64,000 nt of DNA, from the NCBI GenBank assembly GCA_029938265.1, contig JAOZVI010000002.1:1945-65944 (forward strand), written 5' to 3'. This document shows positions 28,583 to 41,416 of the stretch, piece by piece; position 1 is the stretch's first letter, and each line of letters opens with the position of its first letter. The stretch comes from Flavobacteriaceae bacterium. Lineage in GTDB: Bacteria; Bacteroidota; Bacteroidia; Flavobacteriales; Flavobacteriaceae. Under the pieces are notes generated by a model that searched no databases, was not told where the DNA came from, and saw nothing but the letters and a program-made list of their open reading frames with translations. The position numbers and the translations under genes were made by a program.

Positions 28583-29711
28583 AACCCAATCTTTCATCAC
28601 TATCAGATTTAAAGATGTAGTTTCCATGAACAATACTTATGCTTAAAAATATTCCGAAATAGGTTATAAACAACAGGTCCATTACAGAAACTAATGACCA
28701 TTGAGAAAAAAATCCAGGAAAAATTAAAAATATTTCAGATAAAACAACTGAAACAGCATACAAGATCCATATACTTAAATAAATTCTTTTTTCTAAGAAT
28801 ACCCAAATAAAAGGTACGTACAGTCCTAAAAATAAAAAATGAAGCCATGCTACTAGAACAAAACGGTTATTTACAACAAGATCTGTAAAAAATGGAAAAG
28901 TACCTACAATATTAATAATTGCCACGGTTAAGATCAAATAGTAAATATTTCTCAGGTTTCTATTCAATTTGATAAACGAAGCCCGAAATCCAAAAAGTAT
29001 TGCAAATACTAAAGTTGAACCCAAACCACCAAAAAACTTAATTAGCCAGTGGTTAAAGTTATAATCAAGTGAATGTGCATATAATAAGATCAGACCAAAA
29101 ACCAGAACAAAAACATGCTTTTTAGTTATAATCAATTTGACCTTGTTAGCCATCAAGGCAACTATCCAGATAAAATAAACACCATAAAATTGAAAATGCA
29201 AATAAAAGAAAATTGCCTGCCTGTACCAGGGTGACTCCTTCATATCAAGAACCATCAAAGGGCCTAAAGCATAAGGACCTAAAGAAGACAAAAAATGAAA
29301 AAAGATTCCAAATTTTACAAGAAGAGTTATTGATTTGTTTCCTTCTAACCGTTTCCATAACCTAACAAGTAAAATATAACTAATACATAAGTGTAAAGTT
29401 GAAAATAATATTGAATAGAAAGCATAACCCTGAAGTATAAATGCAACGATCATTATTGCCATACAAATCTGCATAGCAACATAATACCTAAAGGAAACCT
29501 TATCTATGGATTTGACAAAATTTATCCAAACTAAAATCAATAAAGCATTAAAGATAAATCCCAGTAACATAACATGCGAATGTGCATGCAAAACATTTTT
29601 AAAAGGAAATGCTATAATTGAACCAGTGTATGCATACCGCAAAACCAATCCAATAAAAGCGCCTAATATGCCAAATGATAAAGGATATATCCAAAGTTTT
29701 TTTGGAAACAT
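28575..29711 (-). CDS. Polytopic membrane protein with conserved His motifs, function unknown
   Basis: About 12 hydrophobic segments. HAHSHVMLLGF, YLHFQFYG and WLHFLFLG motifs. Its stop overlaps the receptor start (ATGGGTAA). Confidence 0.6.
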   Translation of the reverse strand: MFPKKLWIYPLSFGILGAFIGLVLRYAYTGSIIAFPFKNVLHAHSHVMLLGFIFNALLILVWINFVKSIDKVSFRYYVAMQICMAIMIVAFILQGYAFYSILFSTLHLCISYILLVRLWKRLEGNKSITLLVKFGIFFHFLSSLGPYALGPLMVLDMKESPWYRQAIFFYLHFQFYGVYFIWIVALMANKVKLIITKKHVFVLVFGLILLYAHSLDYNFNHWLIKFFGGLGSTLVFAILFGFRASFIKLNRNLRNIYYLILTVAIINIVGTFPFFTDLVVNNRFVLVAWLHFLFLGLYVPFIWVFLEKRIYLSIWILYAVSVVLSEIFLIFPGFFSQWSLVSVMDLLFITYFGIFLSISIVHGNYIFKSDSDERLGYG

Positions 29712-29720
29712 TGATCACAA

Positions 29721-29750
29721 AATTAAAAACGCTGAATATTATTCAGCGTT
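29721..29750 (-). terminator. Hairpin/terminator after the DUF3467 gene
   Basis: 10-bp stem AACGCTGAAT / ATTCAGCGTT, 3-nt loop, then TTTTAATT on the minus strand. Confidence 0.5.
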
Positions 29751-29764
29751 AATTAATTAAATTG

Positions 29765-30073
29765 TTAAGCTTTTCCGGTAGGACCGAAATTCAACGGAAT
29801 AGGTGGCTGCTCATAATCTTTAATTTTACCATGGGCATTTTCAAATCTATTTACATTTTCAGAAAGCGCTTTCATCAAACGTTTTGCATGCTGTGGCGTT
29901 AAGATAATTCTAGATTTTACCCTTGCCTTTGGTGTTCCAGGCATAACATTAATAAAATCAACAATAAACTCAGAAACAGAATGATTGATGATTGCTAAAT
30001 TGGCATAAGTACCTTCAGCAATTTTTTCATCTAATTCGATATTTAATTGGTTTTTATTTTCCTCTTTATTCAT
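29765..30073 (-). CDS. DUF3467 domain protein (conserved downstream of rpoC in Bacteroidota)
   Basis: GTYANLAIINHSVSEFIVDFINVMPG...ILTPQHAKRL pattern. Position immediately after rpoC. Confidence 0.7.
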   Translation of the reverse strand: MNKEENKNQLNIELDEKIAEGTYANLAIINHSVSEFIVDFINVMPGTPKARVKSRIILTPQHAKRLMKALSENVNRFENAHGKIKDYEQPPIPLNFGPTGKA

Positions 30074-30084
30074 CTTTTCTATGT

Positions 30085-30118
30085 AAAAAATCAGCCAAAG
30101 TTGATTTACTTTGGCTAA
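30085..30118 (-). terminator. Rho-independent terminator after rpoC
   Basis: Stem TAGCCAAAG / CTTTGGCTGA, 10 bp on the minus strand including one G-U pair, then T6. Confidence 0.65.
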
Positions 30119-30124
30119 TAGATT

Positions 30125-33100
30125 TTATAATTCAGATTCAACTTCAATGGTAATATCATCTTTGTTTCCAACAATAATATGATCATATGACCTCATTCCA
30201 GTACCTGCAGGAATTCGTTTTCCTACAATTACATTTTCTTTCAATCCTCTTAAGTAATCTTCTTTACCACTAACTGCAGCTTCATTTAAAACCTTAGTTG
30301 TTTCCTGGAAAGAAGCAGCTGAAATAAATGATTTTGTTTGAAGTGATGCTCTGGTAATACCCTGCAATATCGGTTCTGCTGTAGCAGGAATTGCATCTCT
30401 TCCAATCACCAAATTTTTATCGTTTCGACGTAAAATTGAATTTTCATCTCTTAATTCTCGCGCAGAAATAATTTGTCCTGCTTTTAAAATTCCAGAATCT
30501 CCAGCTTCTTCAACAATTTTCAATCCGTAAATATCATCATTAACTTCAATAAAATCATTTTTATGCACCAATTGATTCTCTAAGAAATTAGTATCTCCAG
30601 AATCAACGATCTTAACTTTACGCATCATCTGACGAACAATTACTTCAAAATGTTTGTCATTAATTTTTACACCTTGTAAACGATAAACCTCTTGAATTTC
30701 ATTTACCAAATACTCTTGTACTTTAGCTGGGCCTTGAATATTCAATATGTCCTCAGGAGTTATTGATCCATCAGATAAAGGCATACCGGCTTTAACAAAA
30801 TCATTTTCCTGTACTAATATTTGATTCGATAGTTTTACTAAATATTTTTTTACATCACCAAATTTTGATTCAACAATGATCTCACGATTACCACGCTTAA
30901 TTTTTCCAAATGTAACAACACCGTCAATTGCAGAAACAACAGAAGGGTTTGAAGGATTTCTAGCTTCAAAAAGTTCAGTTACACGGGGTAAACCACCAGT
31001 AATATCACTTGCTTTACCTGTTTTACGTGGAATTTTAACTAGAATCTTGCCAGCTTCAATTTTTTCGCCATTATCAACTAATAAGTGAGATCCAACTGGC
31101 AAACTATAAGATTGAAGTGTCTCTCCTTTACTATTTGTAATTAATAAAATTGGCGCAATTTTTCTTCTTTTTGAATCAGAGATTACCTTTTCTTTAAATC
31201 CGGTTTGCTCATCTATTTCAACTTTAAAAGTAACGCCCTCTTCAATATCTTCAAAAACAACTTTACCTTCAAACTCTGAAACAATAACACCATTATATGG
31301 ATCCCATTGACAAATTACATCTCCTTTTTTAATTGAACTCTTATTTTTGATAAGAATATGAGAACCATAAGGGACGTTATTTGAACTTAGCGTAATACCA
31401 GTTTTCTTATCAATAATTTTAATCTCAGTAGTACGAGAAATTACAATATTAACTTCATTACCTTCAGTATCTTTTCCTTTTACAGTTTTAAGATCATCTA
31501 TAGAAACTTTTCCAGGGAATGAAGCGGTCATTTTATTTTCTTCCGAAATGTTACCGGCAATACCACCAACGTGGAATGTACGAAGCGTTAACTGTGTACC
31601 CGGCTCACCAATAGATTGAGCAGCAATTACACCAACAGCTTCTCCTCTCTGCACCATTTTGTTAGTTGATAAATTGTTACCATAACATTTAGCGCAAATA
31701 CCTTTTTTAGCTTCACAAGTTAAAGCAGATCTTACTTCAACGTATTCAATAGGAGATTTATCAATAATTTCAACAATTTCTTCACTAAATACTCCTCCTG
31801 AATTAATGATCAAATCATCAGTATCTGGGTGGTAAACATCATGTAAAGAAACTCTACCTAAAATTCTTTCTCCTAATGATTCAACTATTTCATCATTCTT
31901 TTTAAGCGGATGAACTTCTAGTCCTCTTAAAGTACCACAATCACTTTCATTTACGATAACATCCTGAGCAACGTCAACCAAACGACGCGTTAAATAACCT
32001 GCATCAGCTGTTTTTAAGGCGGTATCTGCCAAACCTTTACGTGCACCGTGAGTTGAGATAAAATACTCCAAAATTGATAATCCTTCTTTAAAGTTAGATA
32101 AAATTGGATTTTCAATGATCTCTCCACCACCGGCTGATGATTTTTTAGGTTTTGCCATCAAACCACGCATACCGGTTAACTGACGAATTTGCTCTTTAGA
32201 TCCCCTTGCACCTGAATCTAACATCATATAAACTGAGTTAAACCCTTGTTTATCTTCACGCAAGCGTTTCATTGAAAGCTCAGTTAATCTATTATTTGTT
32301 GAACTCCAAACATCAATAACTTGATTATAACGTTCTTTATTGGTTAACATACCCATATTATAACTGGCCATAATCGAATCAACCTGTGTATTTGCAGCTG
32401 ATATCATATCATCTTTTTCTCCAGGTATAATGATATCCCCCAAACTAAAAGATAACCCTCCTTGGAAGGCAAATTTATAGCCCATATTTTTTATGGAATC
32501 CAAAAAACTACCGGTAGTTGGTACATCAGTTACTTTTAATATGTTTCCAATAATATCTCGTAAAGATCTCTTGGTAAGCACTTCATTGATATATCCGGCT
32601 TCTTCCGGCACTACTTCATTAAATAATACTCTTCCAACTGTAGTCTCAATAATTTTTGTGACAATTTCTCCATTTTCATCAAGATCTTTAGCTCTTACCT
32701 TAACCGATGCATTTAGATCAACTTTCTTTTCATTAAAAGCAATCTTCACTTCTTCAAGCGAATAAAAAGTTGTTCCTTCTCCTTTAACCTTGTAATCTTC
32801 AGTCGATTTACGCTCTTTGGTCATATAATACAATCCTAAAACCATATCTTGAGAAGGTACAGTAATTGGCGAACCATTTGCAGGATTAAGAATATTGTGT
32901 GAAGCCAACATCAGTAATTGTGACTCTAATATTGCTTCTGGGCCTAAAGGTAAATGTACTGCCATTTGATCACCATCAAAATCGGCGTTAAATGCTGTAC
33001 ACACCAATGGATGCAATTGTATTGCTTTTCCTTCAATCAATTTTGGTTGAAAAGCCTGAATACCTAAGCGGTGAAGCGTAGGTGCACGGTTTAATAATAT

Positions 33101-34411
33101 TGGGTGACCTTTTAAAACATTTTCTAAAATATCCCAAACAACAGGTTCTCTTTTATCAATTATCTTTTTTGCAGATTTTACTGTTTTTACAATACCTCTT
33201 TCAATAAGTTTTCTTATGACAAAGGGCTTGTATAATTCAGCAGCCATATCTTTTGGAATCCCACATTCGAATAATTTCAACTCTGGTCCCACAACAATTA
33301 CAGAACGAGCAGAATAATCAACACGTTTACCTAAAAGATTTTGACGAAATCTACCTTGTTTACCTTTTAAGGAATCGGATAATGATTTTAATGGACGGTT
33401 AGATTCCGTTTTAACTGCAGAAGATTTACGTGTATTATCAAACAATGAATCTACAGATTCTTGAAGCATACGTTTTTCATTTCGTAAAATAACTTCAGGA
33501 GCCTTGATCTCAACCAATCTTTTTAATCGGTTATTTCTAATAATTACCCTTCTGTAAAGGTCATTTAGATCAGACGTAGCAAATCTACCTCCATCTAATG
33601 GAACCAATGGTCGTAATTCAGGTGGGATAACCGGAACAACTTTCATGATCATCCATTCTGGTCTATTTTCTTTTCTGGTATTTGCATCTCTAAAAAATTC
33701 TACAACGTTCAAGCGTTTTAACGCTTCCATTTTTCGTTGTTTAGAAGTTTCAGTATTGGCTTTATGCCTTAGTTGATAGGATAATTCATCAAGATCAATT
33801 CTTGACAGCAATTCTATCAAACATTCAGCACCCATTTTTGCAATAAATTTATCCGGATCAGAATCATCTAAATATTGATTTTCCTGTGGTAGGGTCTCTA
33901 AAATATCTAGATATTCTTCCTCAGTTAAAAAATCCATTTTTTGCAATGGTTCATCTTCAATATTTTTTGCTATACCTGGTTGAATTACTACGTAACGTTC
34001 GTAGTAAATGATCATATCTAATTTTTTTGATGGTAAACCCAATAGGTATCCCATTTTGTTTGGTAATGATCTGAAATACCAAATATGTGCAACAGGTACA
34101 ACCAAATTGATATGCCCTACTCTATCTCTACGGACTTTCTTTTCAGTAACTTCAACTCCACAACGATCACAAATAATGCCTTTATAGCGAATTCTTTTAT
34201 ATTTACCGCAAGCACATTCATAATCTTTTACAGGACCAAAAATACGTTCACAAAACAAACCATCTCTCTCAGGTTTATGCGTTCGATAATTGATAGTTTC
34301 AGGTTTTAAAACTTCACCTCTTGATGCCTCAAGAATAATTTCAGGTGATGATAAACCTATAGTTATTTTATTGAATTTTTTTACGGTATATTTATCTTTT
34401 TGTCTTGCCAT
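30125..34411 (-). CDS. rpoC: DNA-directed RNA polymerase subunit beta prime
   Basis: NADFDGDQM catalytic motif and zinc-binding CxC...CxxC near the N-terminus. 1428 aa. Confidence 0.98.
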   Translation of the reverse strand: MARQKDKYTVKKFNKITIGLSSPEIILEASRGEVLKPETINYRTHKPERDGLFCERIFGPVKDYECACGKYKRIRYKGIICDRCGVEVTEKKVRRDRVGHINLVVPVAHIWYFRSLPNKMGYLLGLPSKKLDMIIYYERYVVIQPGIAKNIEDEPLQKMDFLTEEEYLDILETLPQENQYLDDSDPDKFIAKMGAECLIELLSRIDLDELSYQLRHKANTETSKQRKMEALKRLNVVEFFRDANTRKENRPEWMIMKVVPVIPPELRPLVPLDGGRFATSDLNDLYRRVIIRNNRLKRLVEIKAPEVILRNEKRMLQESVDSLFDNTRKSSAVKTESNRPLKSLSDSLKGKQGRFRQNLLGKRVDYSARSVIVVGPELKLFECGIPKDMAAELYKPFVIRKLIERGIVKTVKSAKKIIDKREPVVWDILENVLKGHPILLNRAPTLHRLGIQAFQPKLIEGKAIQLHPLVCTAFNADFDGDQMAVHLPLGPEAILESQLLMLASHNILNPANGSPITVPSQDMVLGLYYMTKERKSTEDYKVKGEGTTFYSLEEVKIAFNEKKVDLNASVKVRAKDLDENGEIVTKIIETTVGRVLFNEVVPEEAGYINEVLTKRSLRDIIGNILKVTDVPTTGSFLDSIKNMGYKFAFQGGLSFSLGDIIIPGEKDDMISAANTQVDSIMASYNMGMLTNKERYNQVIDVWSSTNNRLTELSMKRLREDKQGFNSVYMMLDSGARGSKEQIRQLTGMRGLMAKPKKSSAGGGEIIENPILSNFKEGLSILEYFISTHGARKGLADTALKTADAGYLTRRLVDVAQDVIVNESDCGTLRGLEVHPLKKNDEIVESLGERILGRVSLHDVYHPDTDDLIINSGGVFSEEIVEIIDKSPIEYVEVRSALTCEAKKGICAKCYGNNLSTNKMVQRGEAVGVIAAQSIGEPGTQLTLRTFHVGGIAGNISEENKMTASFPGKVSIDDLKTVKGKDTEGNEVNIVISRTTEIKIIDKKTGITLSSNNVPYGSHILIKNKSSIKKGDVICQWDPYNGVIVSEFEGKVVFEDIEEGVTFKVEIDEQTGFKEKVISDSKRRKIAPILLITNSKGETLQSYSLPVGSHLLVDNGEKIEAGKILVKIPRKTGKASDITGGLPRVTELFEARNPSNPSVVSAIDGVVTFGKIKRGNREIIVESKFGDVKKYLVKLSNQILVQENDFVKAGMPLSDGSITPEDILNIQGPAKVQEYLVNEIQEVYRLQGVKINDKHFEVIVRQMMRKVKIVDSGDTNFLENQLVHKNDFIEVNDDIYGLKIVEEAGDSGILKAGQIISARELRDENSILRRNDKNLVIGRDAIPATAEPILQGITRASLQTKSFISAASFQETTKVLNEAAVSGKEDYLRGLKENVIVGKRIPAGTGMRSYDHIIVGNKDDITIEVESEL

Positions 34412-34486
34412 GATAATGGTAAAGAATTTATTTTTTATGATGAACAGTAAGAAATTTTCTAGTTCCTTACTTACAATTAATTACTA

Positions 34487-37400
34487 TTATTCCTCTAACC
34501 TAACGTCTAAGCCTAATCCTTTCAATTCGTGCATTAACACATTAAAAGATTCTGGTAATCCCGGTTCAGGCATTGGTTCTCCTTTAACGATTGCTTCATA
34601 TGTTTTAGCCCTTCCCATAACATCATCTGATTTTACGGTTAAGATCTCTCTTAATGTAGCTGAAGCTCCATAAGCTTCAAGAGCCCAAACTTCCATTTCA
34701 CCAAAACGTTGACCACCAAATTGAGCTTTACCTCCAAGTGGTTGTTGTGTAATTAATGAATAAGGTCCTATTGAACGTGCATGCATTTTATCTTCAATCA
34801 TATGACCTAGTTTAATCATATAGATCACACCAACAGTTGCTGCTTGATCAAATCTTTCTCCAGTTCCACCATCATACAGGTAAGTATGTCCAAATTCTGG
34901 TATTCCACCTTCTTTGGTTAGATCAGTAATTTGATCGATATTGGCACCATCAAAGATTGGTGTAGCATAGGTATTCCCTAATTTTTGTCCTGCCCAACCA
35001 AGTACAGTTTCATATATTTGTCCGATATTCATACGTGATGGTACACCAAGTGGATTTAACACGATATCAACAGGAGTTCCATCTTCTAAGAAAGGCATAT
35101 CCTCCTGACGAACAATTCTGGCAACAATACCTTTATTACCATGTCTTCCTGCCATTTTATCTCCTACTTTTAATTTACGTTTTTTTGCAACGTAGATCTT
35201 AGCCAGTTTTAAAATCCCTTTTGGTAGTTCATCACCAATACTTATTGCAAACTTCTTACGACGTAACGAACCCTGCAGATCACTTAATTTGATCTTATAA
35301 TTATGAATTAGTTGATTGACTAATTCATTTAGATTTTTATCAGTTGTCCAAATACCTTTTGTTAAATGTTCAAAATCCATAACAGAGTTTAACATTTTTA
35401 AGGTGAATTTTTTCCCTTTAGGTAATATCTCTTCACCTAAATCATTTTGAACACCCTGAGATGTTTTACCATTTATTAATGTAAATAATTTTTCAACAAG
35501 TTGACTTCTTAAATCTTCAAATTTTGAAACAAATTCAGCATCAAAATTAGCAATTTCTTCTTTTTCCTTAATTCGCTTAGCTTTATCCTTAACGATCCTT
35601 TGAAATAATTTTTTATCAATTACAACACCTCTTAAAGAAGGTGATGCTTTTAAAGAAGCATCTTTAACGTCACCCGCATTATCACCAAAAATAGCACGTA
35701 AAAGTTTCTCTTCAGGAGTAGGATCTGATTCACCTTTTGGAGTAATTTTACCTATTAAAATATCTCCGGGTTTTATTTCGGCACCAATTCTGATCATTCC
35801 GTTTTCGTCTAGATCTTTAGTCGCTTCTTCACTAACATTCGGTATATCAGCTGTAAGCTCTTCAGCACCTAATTTTGTATCTCTAACTTCTAATGAATAT
35901 TCATCAATGTGTATAGATGTAAATATATCCTGACGAACAACTTTTTCAGATATCACAATTGCATCCTCAAAGTTGTATCCTTTCCATGGCATAAATGCCA
36001 CTTTCATATTTATTCCTAAAGCTAATTCACCATTTTGAGTAGCATATCCTTCACATAAAACCTGACCTTTGGTTACTCTATCACCCTTTTTAACAATAGG
36101 ATGTAAATTAATCGCTGTTCCCTGATTTGTTTTTCTAAACTTAATCAGCTTATATGATTTGGTATCACCTTCAAAACTAACAATTCGTTCATTTTCAGAA
36201 CGTTCATATTCAATTTCAATTCTATTTGAATCAACATAGGTTACAACACCTTCTCCTTCAGCATTAATCAAGATACGTGAATCTTTCGCTACCCTTCTTT
36301 CTAAACCTGTACCAACAATTGGTGCTTCGGGTTTCATTAAAGGTACTGCCTGCCTCATCATATTAGATCCCATCAAAGCACGGTTTGCATCATCGTGTTC
36401 CAAGAAAGGAATCAAAGATGCAGAAATTGATGCAATTTGATTAGGTGAAATATCCATATAATCAATATCATCATTAGGAACAACAGGATAATCAGCTCCC
36501 TCACGGGCAACCACTTTTTCGAGAACAATTTTACCTGTGGTATCAAGTTCTAAATTAGATTGTGCGATCTTCATTCCCTCTTCTTCTTCAGCACTTAAAT
36601 AAATTGGATCTTTTTTAACATCGATCTTACCTTCATTAACTTTGCGGTAAGGAGTTTCAATAAAACCTAAATTATTAACTTTAGCATAAACTGCCAACGA
36701 AGATATTAAACCAATATTTGGACCTTCAGGTGTTTCAATCGGACATAAACGACCGTAGTGCGTAAAGTGAACGTCACGTACCTCAAAACCAGCTCTTTCA
36801 CGTGATAAACCTCCAGGTCCTAAGGCAGATAATCTACGCTTATGTGTAATCTCAGCTAATGGATTTGTTTGATCCATGAATTGAGATAATTGATTGGTTC
36901 CAAAAAATGAATTAATTACAGAAGACAATGTTTTGGCATTAATAAGATCAATTGGCGTAAACACCTCATTATCACGTACATTCATACGTTCACGAATGGT
37001 TCTTGCCATTCTGGCTAAACCAACACCAAACTGACTTGCTAATTGTTCTCCAACAGTTCTAACACGACGATTTGATAAATGGTCAATATCATCAACTTCA
37101 GCTTTAGAATTAACTAAATTGATCAAGTTCTTAACAATTGTGATAATATCAATTTGTGTTAAAACTCTTTGATCTATATCAATATCTAAGCCTAACTTTT
37201 TATTCATTCTATAACGTCCAACTTCTCCAAGATTGTAACGTTGGTCAGAGAAAAATAATTTATTGATTACACCTTTAGCAGTTTCATAATCAGGCGGTTC
37301 AGCATTTCTTAACTGACGATAAATATGTTCAACTGCTTCTTTTTCAGAGTTAGTTGGATCTTTCTGTAATGTATTATGGATAATTGCATAATCACCAGAT

Positions 37401-38302
37401 TCATTATCAATTTTATGTAATAAAATGGTTTTAGAACCCGAATTAATTATCTCTTCAATATGTTCTTTTTCAAGAACTGTATCTCTATCTAATACAATTT
37501 CATTCCGTTCTATTGAAATTACTTCTCCTGTATCCTCATCAACAAAATCTTCAAACCAAGTTTTTAAAACTCTTGCTGCAAGTTTTCTTCCCAAAACTTT
37601 TTTAAGGCCACTTTTTGAAACCTTGATCTCTTCTGCAAGATCAAATATTTCGAGAATATCTTTATCTCTTTCATAACCAATTGCTCTAAACAATGTAGTT
37701 ACGGGTAATTTTTTCTTTCTATCAATATAAGCGAACATCACCTGATTGATATCAGTTGCAAATTCAATCCAAGAACCTTTAAAAGGAATTACTCTTGCTG
37801 AATATAATTTTGTGCCATTTGCATGGAATGATTGTCCGAAGAAAACTCCGGGTGACCTGTGTAATTGAGAAACAATAACTCTTTCTGCGCCGTTTATAAC
37901 AAAGGTTCCACTATGCGTCATATAAGGAATCGTGCCCAAATAAACGTCTTGTACAATAGTTTCGAAATCTTCATGTTCAGGGTCAGTACAGTATAATTTT
38001 AATCGAGCTTTAAGCGGAACGCTATAAGTTAACCCTCTTTCAATACATTCTAAAATTGAGTATCTTGGTGGGTCAACGAAATAATCTAAAAATTCTAAAA
38101 CAAAATTGTTTCTGGTATCTGATATTGGAAAATTATCCATGAAAGTTTTAAATAAACCTTCATTGCTTCTTTCATCCGATTTAGTTTCTAACTGAAAAAA
38201 ATCTTGAAATGATTTTATTTGAATATCCAAAAAATCAGGATAATCTGTAAACAATTTAGTTGTTGAGAAGTTTATTCTTTGGTTACTTAGTTTCGTTGCC
38301 AA
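34487..38302 (-). CDS. rpoB: DNA-directed RNA polymerase subunit beta
   Basis: Typical RpoB motifs throughout ([26 protein letters not shown]). Apparent TTG start at 38302-38300. Confidence 0.98.
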   Translation of the reverse strand: MATKLSNQRINFSTTKLFTDYPDFLDIQIKSFQDFFQLETKSDERSNEGLFKTFMDNFPISDTRNNFVLEFLDYFVDPPRYSILECIERGLTYSVPLKARLKLYCTDPEHEDFETIVQDVYLGTIPYMTHSGTFVINGAERVIVSQLHRSPGVFFGQSFHANGTKLYSARVIPFKGSWIEFATDINQVMFAYIDRKKKLPVTTLFRAIGYERDKDILEIFDLAEEIKVSKSGLKKVLGRKLAARVLKTWFEDFVDEDTGEVISIERNEIVLDRDTVLEKEHIEEIINSGSKTILLHKIDNESGDYAIIHNTLQKDPTNSEKEAVEHIYRQLRNAEPPDYETAKGVINKLFFSDQRYNLGEVGRYRMNKKLGLDIDIDQRVLTQIDIITIVKNLINLVNSKAEVDDIDHLSNRRVRTVGEQLASQFGVGLARMARTIRERMNVRDNEVFTPIDLINAKTLSSVINSFFGTNQLSQFMDQTNPLAEITHKRRLSALGPGGLSRERAGFEVRDVHFTHYGRLCPIETPEGPNIGLISSLAVYAKVNNLGFIETPYRKVNEGKIDVKKDPIYLSAEEEEGMKIAQSNLELDTTGKIVLEKVVAREGADYPVVPNDDIDYMDISPNQIASISASLIPFLEHDDANRALMGSNMMRQAVPLMKPEAPIVGTGLERRVAKDSRILINAEGEGVVTYVDSNRIEIEYERSENERIVSFEGDTKSYKLIKFRKTNQGTAINLHPIVKKGDRVTKGQVLCEGYATQNGELALGINMKVAFMPWKGYNFEDAIVISEKVVRQDIFTSIHIDEYSLEVRDTKLGAEELTADIPNVSEEATKDLDENGMIRIGAEIKPGDILIGKITPKGESDPTPEEKLLRAIFGDNAGDVKDASLKASPSLRGVVIDKKLFQRIVKDKAKRIKEKEEIANFDAEFVSKFEDLRSQLVEKLFTLINGKTSQGVQNDLGEEILPKGKKFTLKMLNSVMDFEHLTKGIWTTDKNLNELVNQLIHNYKIKLSDLQGSLRRKKFAISIGDELPKGILKLAKIYVAKKRKLKVGDKMAGRHGNKGIVARIVRQEDMPFLEDGTPVDIVLNPLGVPSRMNIGQIYETVLGWAGQKLGNTYATPIFDGANIDQITDLTKEGGIPEFGHTYLYDGGTGERFDQAATVGVIYMIKLGHMIEDKMHARSIGPYSLITQQPLGGKAQFGGQRFGEMEVWALEAYGASATLREILTVKSDDVMGRAKTYEAIVKGEPMPEPGLPESFNVLMHELKGLGLDVRLEE

Positions 38303-38344
38303 TGGAGAAAAATTTAAATTAAAAATAAGAACGAATATATATGC

Positions 38345-38388
38345 AAAATGGTTTAGGTCAATGGAGTTTAACTCTAAAGACCTAAACC
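38345..38388 (-). terminator. Intercistronic hairpin between rplL and rpoB (attenuator-like)
   Basis: 10-bp stem GGTTTAGGTC / GACCTAAACC with an inner 4-bp extension, followed on the minus strand by ATTTTG. Confidence 0.45.
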
Positions 38389-38412
38389 TTAAATGTTTAG
38401 CGGAGCTTTAAA

Positions 38413-38787
38413 TTATTTAAGCTCAACTTCAGCTCCAGCTTCTTCTAATGAATTTTTAAGACCTTCAGCTTCATCTTTAGAAATACCTTCTTTGATTGGT
38501 GCCGGTGCACTATCAACAACTCCTTTTGCTTCTTTAAGACCTAAACCTGTTAATTCTTTAACTAGTTTAACAACTGCAAGTTTAGATTGACCTGCTGCTT
38601 TAAGAATTACATCAAATTCAGTTTGCTCTGCTGCTGCCTCATCACCTCCAGCTGCTGGCCCTGCTACAGCAACTGCTGCTGCTGCTGGCTCTATACCATA
38701 TTCATCTTTTAATATATTTGCCAATTCATTAACTTCTTTTACAGTTAAGTTAACTAATTGTTCTGCGAAATCTTTTAAATCTGCCAT
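38413..38787 (-). CDS. rplL: 50S ribosomal protein L7/L12
   Basis: Ala-rich hinge and the C-terminal [15 protein letters not shown] motif. Confidence 0.97.
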   Translation of the reverse strand: MADLKDFAEQLVNLTVKEVNELANILKDEYGIEPAAAAVAVAGPAAGGDEAAAEQTEFDVILKAAGQSKLAVVKLVKELTGLGLKEAKGVVDSAPAPIKEGISKDEAEGLKNSLEEAGAEVELK

Positions 38788-38835
38788 TTTCTTTCGTTTT
38801 TAAAAATTTTTATTATTTATAGTTTTAGTGTGTGT

Positions 38836-39354
38836 TTACTCTTTATCTGATAATGTCTTGATTATACCTGACAATTTATTACCACCTGATTGCAATGCTG
38901 AAATAACATTCTTAGCTGGTGATTGTAAAATTGTGATAACATCTCCAATCAATTCTTCTTTCGATTTAATGCTAACAAGTACGTCTAATAACTCATCGCC
39001 AACATAAATAGATTCTTCAATAAAGGCTCCTTTTAATATTGGTCTTTTAGATTTTTTTCTAAAATCTTTAATAACCTTAGCGGGAGCATTTCCTGTTTCA
39101 GATGTCATCAGAGAGGTATTACCTTTTAATGTTAAAGATAATTCTCCAAAATCTTTATCAGATTTTTCCATTGCTTTTTCAAGCAAGGTATTTTTAACAA
39201 CTGCCAATTTTACGTTAGCTTTAAAACATGCTCTACGTAAGTTTGAAGTACTTTTAGCATCTAAACCTGAAATATCGGCCAGATAGATAACATTACTTTT
39301 TGTTAATTTGCCAGTCAACTCTTCTATTACTTGTGCTTTATCTTCTCTTTTCAT
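38836..39354 (-). CDS. rplJ: 50S ribosomal protein L10
   Basis: Start moved to the internal Met (MKREDKAQVIEEL), which gives the usual size of about 172 aa and removes the overlap with rplA. Confidence 0.9.
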   Translation of the reverse strand: MKREDKAQVIEELTGKLTKSNVIYLADISGLDAKSTSNLRRACFKANVKLAVVKNTLLEKAMEKSDKDFGELSLTLKGNTSLMTSETGNAPAKVIKDFRKKSKRPILKGAFIEESIYVGDELLDVLVSIKSKEELIGDVITILQSPAKNVISALQSGGNKLSGIIKTLSDKE

Positions 39355-39373
39355 AATTAGAATATTTAACTGA

Positions 39374-40063
39374 TTAAAATATTTTTGCATCTATTTCAAC
39401 ACTGGGACTCATAGTACTTGACATATATATGCTTTTAATATAAGTTCCTTTAACAGTTGCAGGTTTCAATTTATTGATAGTTTGGATTAATTCATTAGCA
39501 TTATCTGCAATTTTATCAGCATCAAATGATGCTTTACCTACCACTGCATGAATAATACCTTTTTTATCAACCTTAAAATCAATTTTACCACCTTTAACAT
39601 CTTTTACTGCTTTTGCAACATCCATAGTTACTGTACCTGTTTTTGGGTTAGGCATTAAACCTCTAGGGCCTAAAATTCTACCTAAAGGACCTAATTTTCC
39701 CATAACACTTGGCATTGTAACTATAACATCAACATCAGTCCATCCTTCCTTAATTTTTTGAAGGTACTCGTCTAATCCTACGTAATCTGCACCGGCTTCT
39801 TTTGCATCAGCTTCTTTATCTGGTGTAACCAATGCTAAGACTTTAACGTCTTTACCTGTACCGTGAGGTAAGGTAACAACACCTCTTACCATTTGATTAG
39901 CTTTACGCGGATCAACACCTAAACGCACTGCAATATCAATAGTTGCATCAAATTTTACGTTGGTGATCTCTTTAATTAAAGTAGAGGCATCTATTAATGT
40001 ATAAGCAACATTAGCATCAACTTTAGCTTTAGCTTCTTTCTGTTTTTTTGTCAATTTTGCCAT
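39374..40063 (-). CDS. rplA: 50S ribosomal protein L1
   Basis: [11 protein letters not shown]...[11 protein letters not shown] motifs. Confidence 0.97.
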   Translation of the reverse strand: MAKLTKKQKEAKAKVDANVAYTLIDASTLIKEITNVKFDATIDIAVRLGVDPRKANQMVRGVVTLPHGTGKDVKVLALVTPDKEADAKEAGADYVGLDEYLQKIKEGWTDVDVIVTMPSVMGKLGPLGRILGPRGLMPNPKTGTVTMDVAKAVKDVKGGKIDFKVDKKGIIHAVVGKASFDADKIADNANELIQTINKLKPATVKGTYIKSIYMSSTMSPSVEIDAKIF

Positions 40064-40064
40064 C

Positions 40065-40511
40065 TTATACTTTTTTAACAGGAGCTTTTCCTTTTATTTT
40101 AATACCCATAGAACGTGCGGTTCCGGCAATCATTATCATAGCAGATTCAACTTGAAATGCATTTAAATCTACCATTTTATCTTCAGCAATCTTTCTAACC
40201 TGATCCCAAGTAACTGTTGCCACTTTTTTACGATTAGGTTCTCCAGATCCTTTTTTTAATTTTGCCGCTTCTAACAATTGAACTGCCGCAGGAGGAGTTT
40301 TAACTGCAAAGTCGAATGATTTATCTTTGTAAACATTAATTACAACAGGTAAAACTTTTCCGGCTTTATCTTGAGTTCTTGCATTAAATTGCTTGCAAAA
40401 CTCCATGATGTTCACTCCAGCAGCACCCAATGCAGGCCCAACAGGTGGTGAAGGATTTGCTGCACCTCCACGTACTTGTAACTTAACTACCTTACTAACT
40501 TCTTTTGCCAT
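40065..40511 (-). CDS. rplK: 50S ribosomal protein L11
   Basis: [20 protein letters not shown] motif. Confidence 0.97.
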   Translation of the reverse strand: MAKEVSKVVKLQVRGGAANPSPPVGPALGAAGVNIMEFCKQFNARTQDKAGKVLPVVINVYKDKSFDFAVKTPPAAVQLLEAAKLKKGSGEPNRKKVATVTWDQVRKIAEDKMVDLNAFQVESAMIMIAGTARSMGIKIKGKAPVKKV

Positions 40512-40574
40512 TTTTAAATCTTATTAACGATAAACAATTTGGAAGCTTAGTTTATCTTTTATTTAGTGTAACAG

Positions 40575-41126
40575 TTATGATATTCTTTCAACTTGCATAT
40601 AGTTTAATTCTAATGGTGTTTTACGACCAAAGATCTTAACCATAACTTCAAGTTTTCTTTTTTCTTCATTAATTTTTTCAATAACACCATCAAATCCATT
40701 AAAAGGTCCGTCAATAACTTTAACAGTTTCTCCTTTAATAAATGGAATAGCAACATTTTCATTTTGTAATGCTAACTCATCAACTGTACCTAGCATTCTA
40801 TTCACTTCTGATTTCCTTAGAGGAACTGGATCACCTCCTTTGGTTTCACCTAAAAAACCAATTACGCCAGTAACTGATTTGATAATGTGAGGAACTTCTC
40901 CACTCAAATTTGCTTCAACCATTATATAACCAGGAAAATATACTTTTTCTTTATGGTATTTTTTTCCATTGCGAATTTGAATAACTTTTTCAGTAGGAAC
41001 CAAAACTTGTTTTACATAATCTGATAAACCCAATCGAGAAATTTCATTTTCGATATAGGTTTTAATTTTATTTTCCTGACCTCCAATTGCCCTAACGGCA
41101 TACCATTTCATTACTGTATCAGACAT
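40575..41126 (-). CDS. nusG: Transcription termination/antitermination factor NusG
   Basis: KWYAVRAIGGQENK NGN domain. KOW motif GETVKVIDGPFNGFDGVI. Confidence 0.95.
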   Translation of the reverse strand: MSDTVMKWYAVRAIGGQENKIKTYIENEISRLGLSDYVKQVLVPTEKVIQIRNGKKYHKEKVYFPGYIMVEANLSGEVPHIIKSVTGVIGFLGETKGGDPVPLRKSEVNRMLGTVDELALQNENVAIPFIKGETVKVIDGPFNGFDGVIEKINEEKRKLEVMVKIFGRKTPLELNYMQVERIS

Positions 41127-41139
41127 ATTTAATTATGTT

Positions 41140-41325
41140 TTAGTTGAAAAGATTAAAATATTGATCTAATACCTTTTGGAAAAATTTATCAACAAGGAAC
41201 ACTGCTACTGCAAAAATCACGGTAAAAATAGCTACAACAACAGTTGTTTGTTGTGCTTCTGACCATGACATCCATGTCACATTTGTTTTTAGCTCTTTAA
41301 ATGAATCTTTTATATAATCTACCAT
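41140..41325 (-). CDS. secE: Preprotein translocase subunit SecE
   Basis: 61 aa with a single transmembrane helix, positioned between tRNA-Trp and nusG. Confidence 0.85.
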   Translation of the reverse strand: MVDYIKDSFKELKTNVTWMSWSEAQQTTVVVAIFTVIFAVAVFLVDKFFQKVLDQYFNLFN

Positions 41326-41343
41326 ACCCTTAAGTTATTTATG

Positions 41344-41416
41344 CACGGGTGGAGAGGCTCGAACTCCCGACACCTGGTTTTGGAGACCAGTGCTCTACCA
41401 ACTGAGCTACACCCGT
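41344..41416 (-). tRNA. tRNA-Trp (anticodon CCA)
   Basis: Manual cloverleaf: acceptor ACGGGTG/CACCCGT, anticodon loop CTCCAAA, T-loop TTCGAGC. Confidence 0.9.

Noticed and set aside
39355-39390. N-terminal extensions proposed by the ORF track for rplJ (39355-39390), the TonB receptor (28583-28633), the DUF4136 lipoprotein (6168-6209) and modC (52028-52033)
   Set aside because: Internal starts give canonical N-termini or signal peptides. They also remove implausible overlaps with upstream genes.
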